DNA from: Planctomycetota bacterium
GTDB taxonomy: Bacteria; Planctomycetota; UBA11346
Reading direction: 5' to 3'
Assembly (NCBI GenBank): GCA_038213805.1
Contig: JBBQSO010000064.1
Coordinates: 1 to 31,214 of the forward strand
Length of the DNA stretch: 31,214 nt
Within the stretch, counting starts at the first letter, position 1. Each line of letters opens with the position of its first letter. Below the pieces are notes generated by a model that made no database searches, had not been told where the DNA came from, and saw only the letters and a list, made by a program, of their open reading frames with translations. Positions 29,195 to 31,214 of the stretch are shown here, piece by piece. The translations under genes were made by a program, and so were the position numbers.

Positions 29195-29202
29195 CGCGCA
29201 CC

Positions 29203-31092
29203 ATGGCCAAGCAGAAACAGGACAGCTCGAGCGGCCGCTTCCCCAAGCATGAGAGCGGCAACACCGACCGGCAGACCCGCGACGCGCGCGCCGCGGCCAG
29301 ACGCAAGGCCGTGTTCCGCGGCGTGCCGGTGGTGCCGGGCATCGCCATGGGCGTGGTGCGGCTGAAGTTCCGCCAGACCCAGGTGCTGTCCGACCGCACC
29401 ATCGACTCGACCGAGGTCGAGCGCGAGTGCCAGCGCCTGACCGAGGCGGTGCGACTGTCCAAGGCCCAGCTGCTGGAAGCCCGCACCAAGATGCAGAAGG
29501 AGCTCGGCGAACTCGAGGCGATGATCTTCGACGCCCACCTCGCCATCCTCGAGGACCAGTCCTTCCTCAAGCGCGTGCGCGCCCAGGTGGCGAAGGACCT
29601 CAAACCCATCGAGGTGGTGGTCAGCCAGATCGTCGAGGGCTACTACCGCGCGATGAGCATGGTCGAGGACGAGCACCTGCGCGAGCGCTCCGCCGACATC
29701 CGCGACGTCGGCCGACGCCTGCTCGACAACCTCGCCAAACTGCAGAACCCGGACGTCGAGTATCCCGAGCTCGAACAGGTGCCGGGCGAGGATGGCGACA
29801 TCATCTTCTCGCGCGAGATCCTGCCCAGCGACCTGGTGACGCTTGAGCGCCGCCACTGCCAGGCGGTGATCTGCGAGACCGGCAGCGGCCGCGGCCACGC
29901 CGGCGTCATGCTGCGGGCGATGAACGTGCCGGCGGTGATGGGCCTTGAGGGCCTCGCCGAGCACCTTCAGGACGGCGACTACGTGATCGTCGACGGCGCC
30001 TCCGGAACGGTCTTCCTCAATCCGAAGAAGGACGTGCTCGATAGCTTCGCCAAGACCCGGCGCGAGTTCGAGCACTACAAGACCCAGCTGAACGCCGAGG
30101 TCGACCTGCCGGCGGTGACCACCGACGGCCACGCCATTTCGTTGCTCGCCAACGTCAGCAAGCAGTCCGACATCGACCTCGCCAAGCTCTACAACATCGA
30201 CGGCATCGGACTCTACCGCAGCGAGTTCTACCTGATGGTCGGCAACTCCTACCCGACCGAGGAGGAGCAGTACTGGATCTACCGCGAGGCGGTGGAGCGC
30301 ATGGCCGGCAAGTACGTCACCATCCGCACCATGGACATCGGCTCCGACAAGAAGCTGCCGTACGTGAAGATGAACGACGAGGACACCGGCGCGCTCGGGC
30401 GGCGGTCGATCCGTCTCGCCGCCGAACTCGAGGAATACCAGCTCATCCAGTTGCGCGCCATCCTGCGCGCCAGCGCGCACGGCAAGGTGCGGCTGATGTG
30501 GCCGTTCATCACCAGCCTTGAAGACATCCGCCTGGCCAAGCGCCTGGTGCGCTCGGCGCGCCGCGATCTCGAAGTGGCGAAGAAGAAGTTCGACCCCGAC
30601 ATGCCCATCGGTATGATGGTCGAAGTGCCCGCGGCGGCGCTGTCGATGGACAAGTACGTGCGCGACGTGCAGTTCTTCTCGGTCGGCACCAACGACCTGA
30701 CCCAGTACGTGTGCGCCGCCGACCGCAACAACGCCGACGTCGCGCCGTGGTTCAAGGGCCACAACCCGGGCATGCTCGCGATCCTCAAGATCATCGTCGA
30801 CACCGCCAAGGCGCACAACAGCGACCTGACCATCTGCGGCGAGATGGCCGGCGACCCGTTCTACACCATGTTCCTGCTCGGCCTGGGCGTGACCAAGCTG
30901 TCGATGCCCGCGCCGCAGGTGCCGCTGGTCAAGAAGATCATCCGCTCGGTGCACCTCAGCGGTGCGCAGAACCTTGCCAACCGCGCCCTGCAGTACACCT
31001 CGACCAGCCAGATCCGCGAGCTGTTCGCGACCACCGTGCAGCAGATCCTCGGCCGCGACCTGGGCGGGTGGACGAGGACGACGGAAGAGTGA
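29203..31092 (+). CDS. ptsI: Phosphoenolpyruvate--protein phosphotransferase (PTS enzyme I)
   Basis: IFDAHL.ILED, ERSADIRDV, GIGLYRSEF, IRTMDIG.DK, QLRAILRAS, MVEVPAA, FSVGTNDLTQY, CGEMAGDP. ATG 8 nt after the alaS stop; no GAF domain seen. Confidence 0.92.
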   Translation: MAKQKQDSSSGRFPKHESGNTDRQTRDARAAARRKAVFRGVPVVPGIAMGVVRLKFRQTQVLSDRTIDSTEVERECQRLTEAVRLSKAQLLEARTKMQKELGELEAMIFDAHLAILEDQSFLKRVRAQVAKDLKPIEVVVSQIVEGYYRAMSMVEDEHLRERSADIRDVGRRLLDNLAKLQNPDVEYPELEQVPGEDGDIIFSREILPSDLVTLERRHCQAVICETGSGRGHAGVMLRAMNVPAVMGLEGLAEHLQDGDYVIVDGASGTVFLNPKKDVLDSFAKTRREFEHYKTQLNAEVDLPAVTTDGHAISLLANVSKQSDIDLAKLYNIDGIGLYRSEFYLMVGNSYPTEEEQYWIYREAVERMAGKYVTIRTMDIGSDKKLPYVKMNDEDTGALGRRSIRLAAELEEYQLIQLRAILRASAHGKVRLMWPFITSLEDIRLAKRLVRSARRDLEVAKKKFDPDMPIGMMVEVPAAALSMDKYVRDVQFFSVGTNDLTQYVCAADRNNADVAPWFKGHNPGMLAILKIIVDTAKAHNSDLTICGEMAGDPFYTMFLLGLGVTKLSMPAPQVPLVKKIIRSVHLSGAQNLANRALQYTSTSQIRELFATTVQQILGRDLGGWTRTTEE

Positions 31093-31119
31093 CGCTCGCT
31101 GCGCATGCTGCACGCGCAG

Positions 31120-31143
31120 GTGCGGAGTGCGGAGTGCGGAGTG
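31120..31143. repeat. Intergenic heptamer array (GTGCGGA)3-GTG
   Basis: Three exact copies at 31120-31140 plus a partial copy, downstream of the enzyme I stop. Confidence 0.85.
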
Positions 31144-31214
31144 ACCGTGATGACCACGGTCCCGATGTGGTCAGACCGGCGTGGTCTTCATCAGCGCCTA
31201 GTCACGGACGGTAC

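Noticed and set aside
28384..29202. N-terminal 273 aa of the 902-aa ORF (apparent enzyme I fusion)
   Set aside because: Arg-rich off-frame reading of alaS; enzyme I starts at 29203.

Overview
High-GC bacterial DNA in two parts. Positions 1-18679 hold the distal half of a co-directional (+) extracellular contractile injection system (eCIS/PLTS-like) operon. It contains a 5'-truncated baseplate J-like gene, a P2-gpI/TIGR02242-like tail protein, three adjacent proteins sharing one N-terminal fibre/anchor-like module (one carrying a ~150-aa Pro-X stalk built from 6-bp microsatellites), a tape-measure-like protein, an Afp15-like AAA+ ATPase and a 1293-aa DUF4157 protein. The DUF4157 protein has an internal HNH-like nuclease motif and a long Gly-rich beta region, and is the best effector candidate. 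Sheath, tube and spike genes are not seen and are presumably upstream of the window. Positions 18817-31214 are housekeeping-type genes: tatA, a lipid acyltransferase, recJ, an MFS transporter, an M16 peptidase, alaS and a divergent PTS enzyme I. Two intergenic heptamer arrays occur there, one a telomere-like (TCTAGGG)5 with an inverted partner. All family calls come from motif recognition only; no searches were run. The host lineage (possibly Planctomycetota) is a guess.
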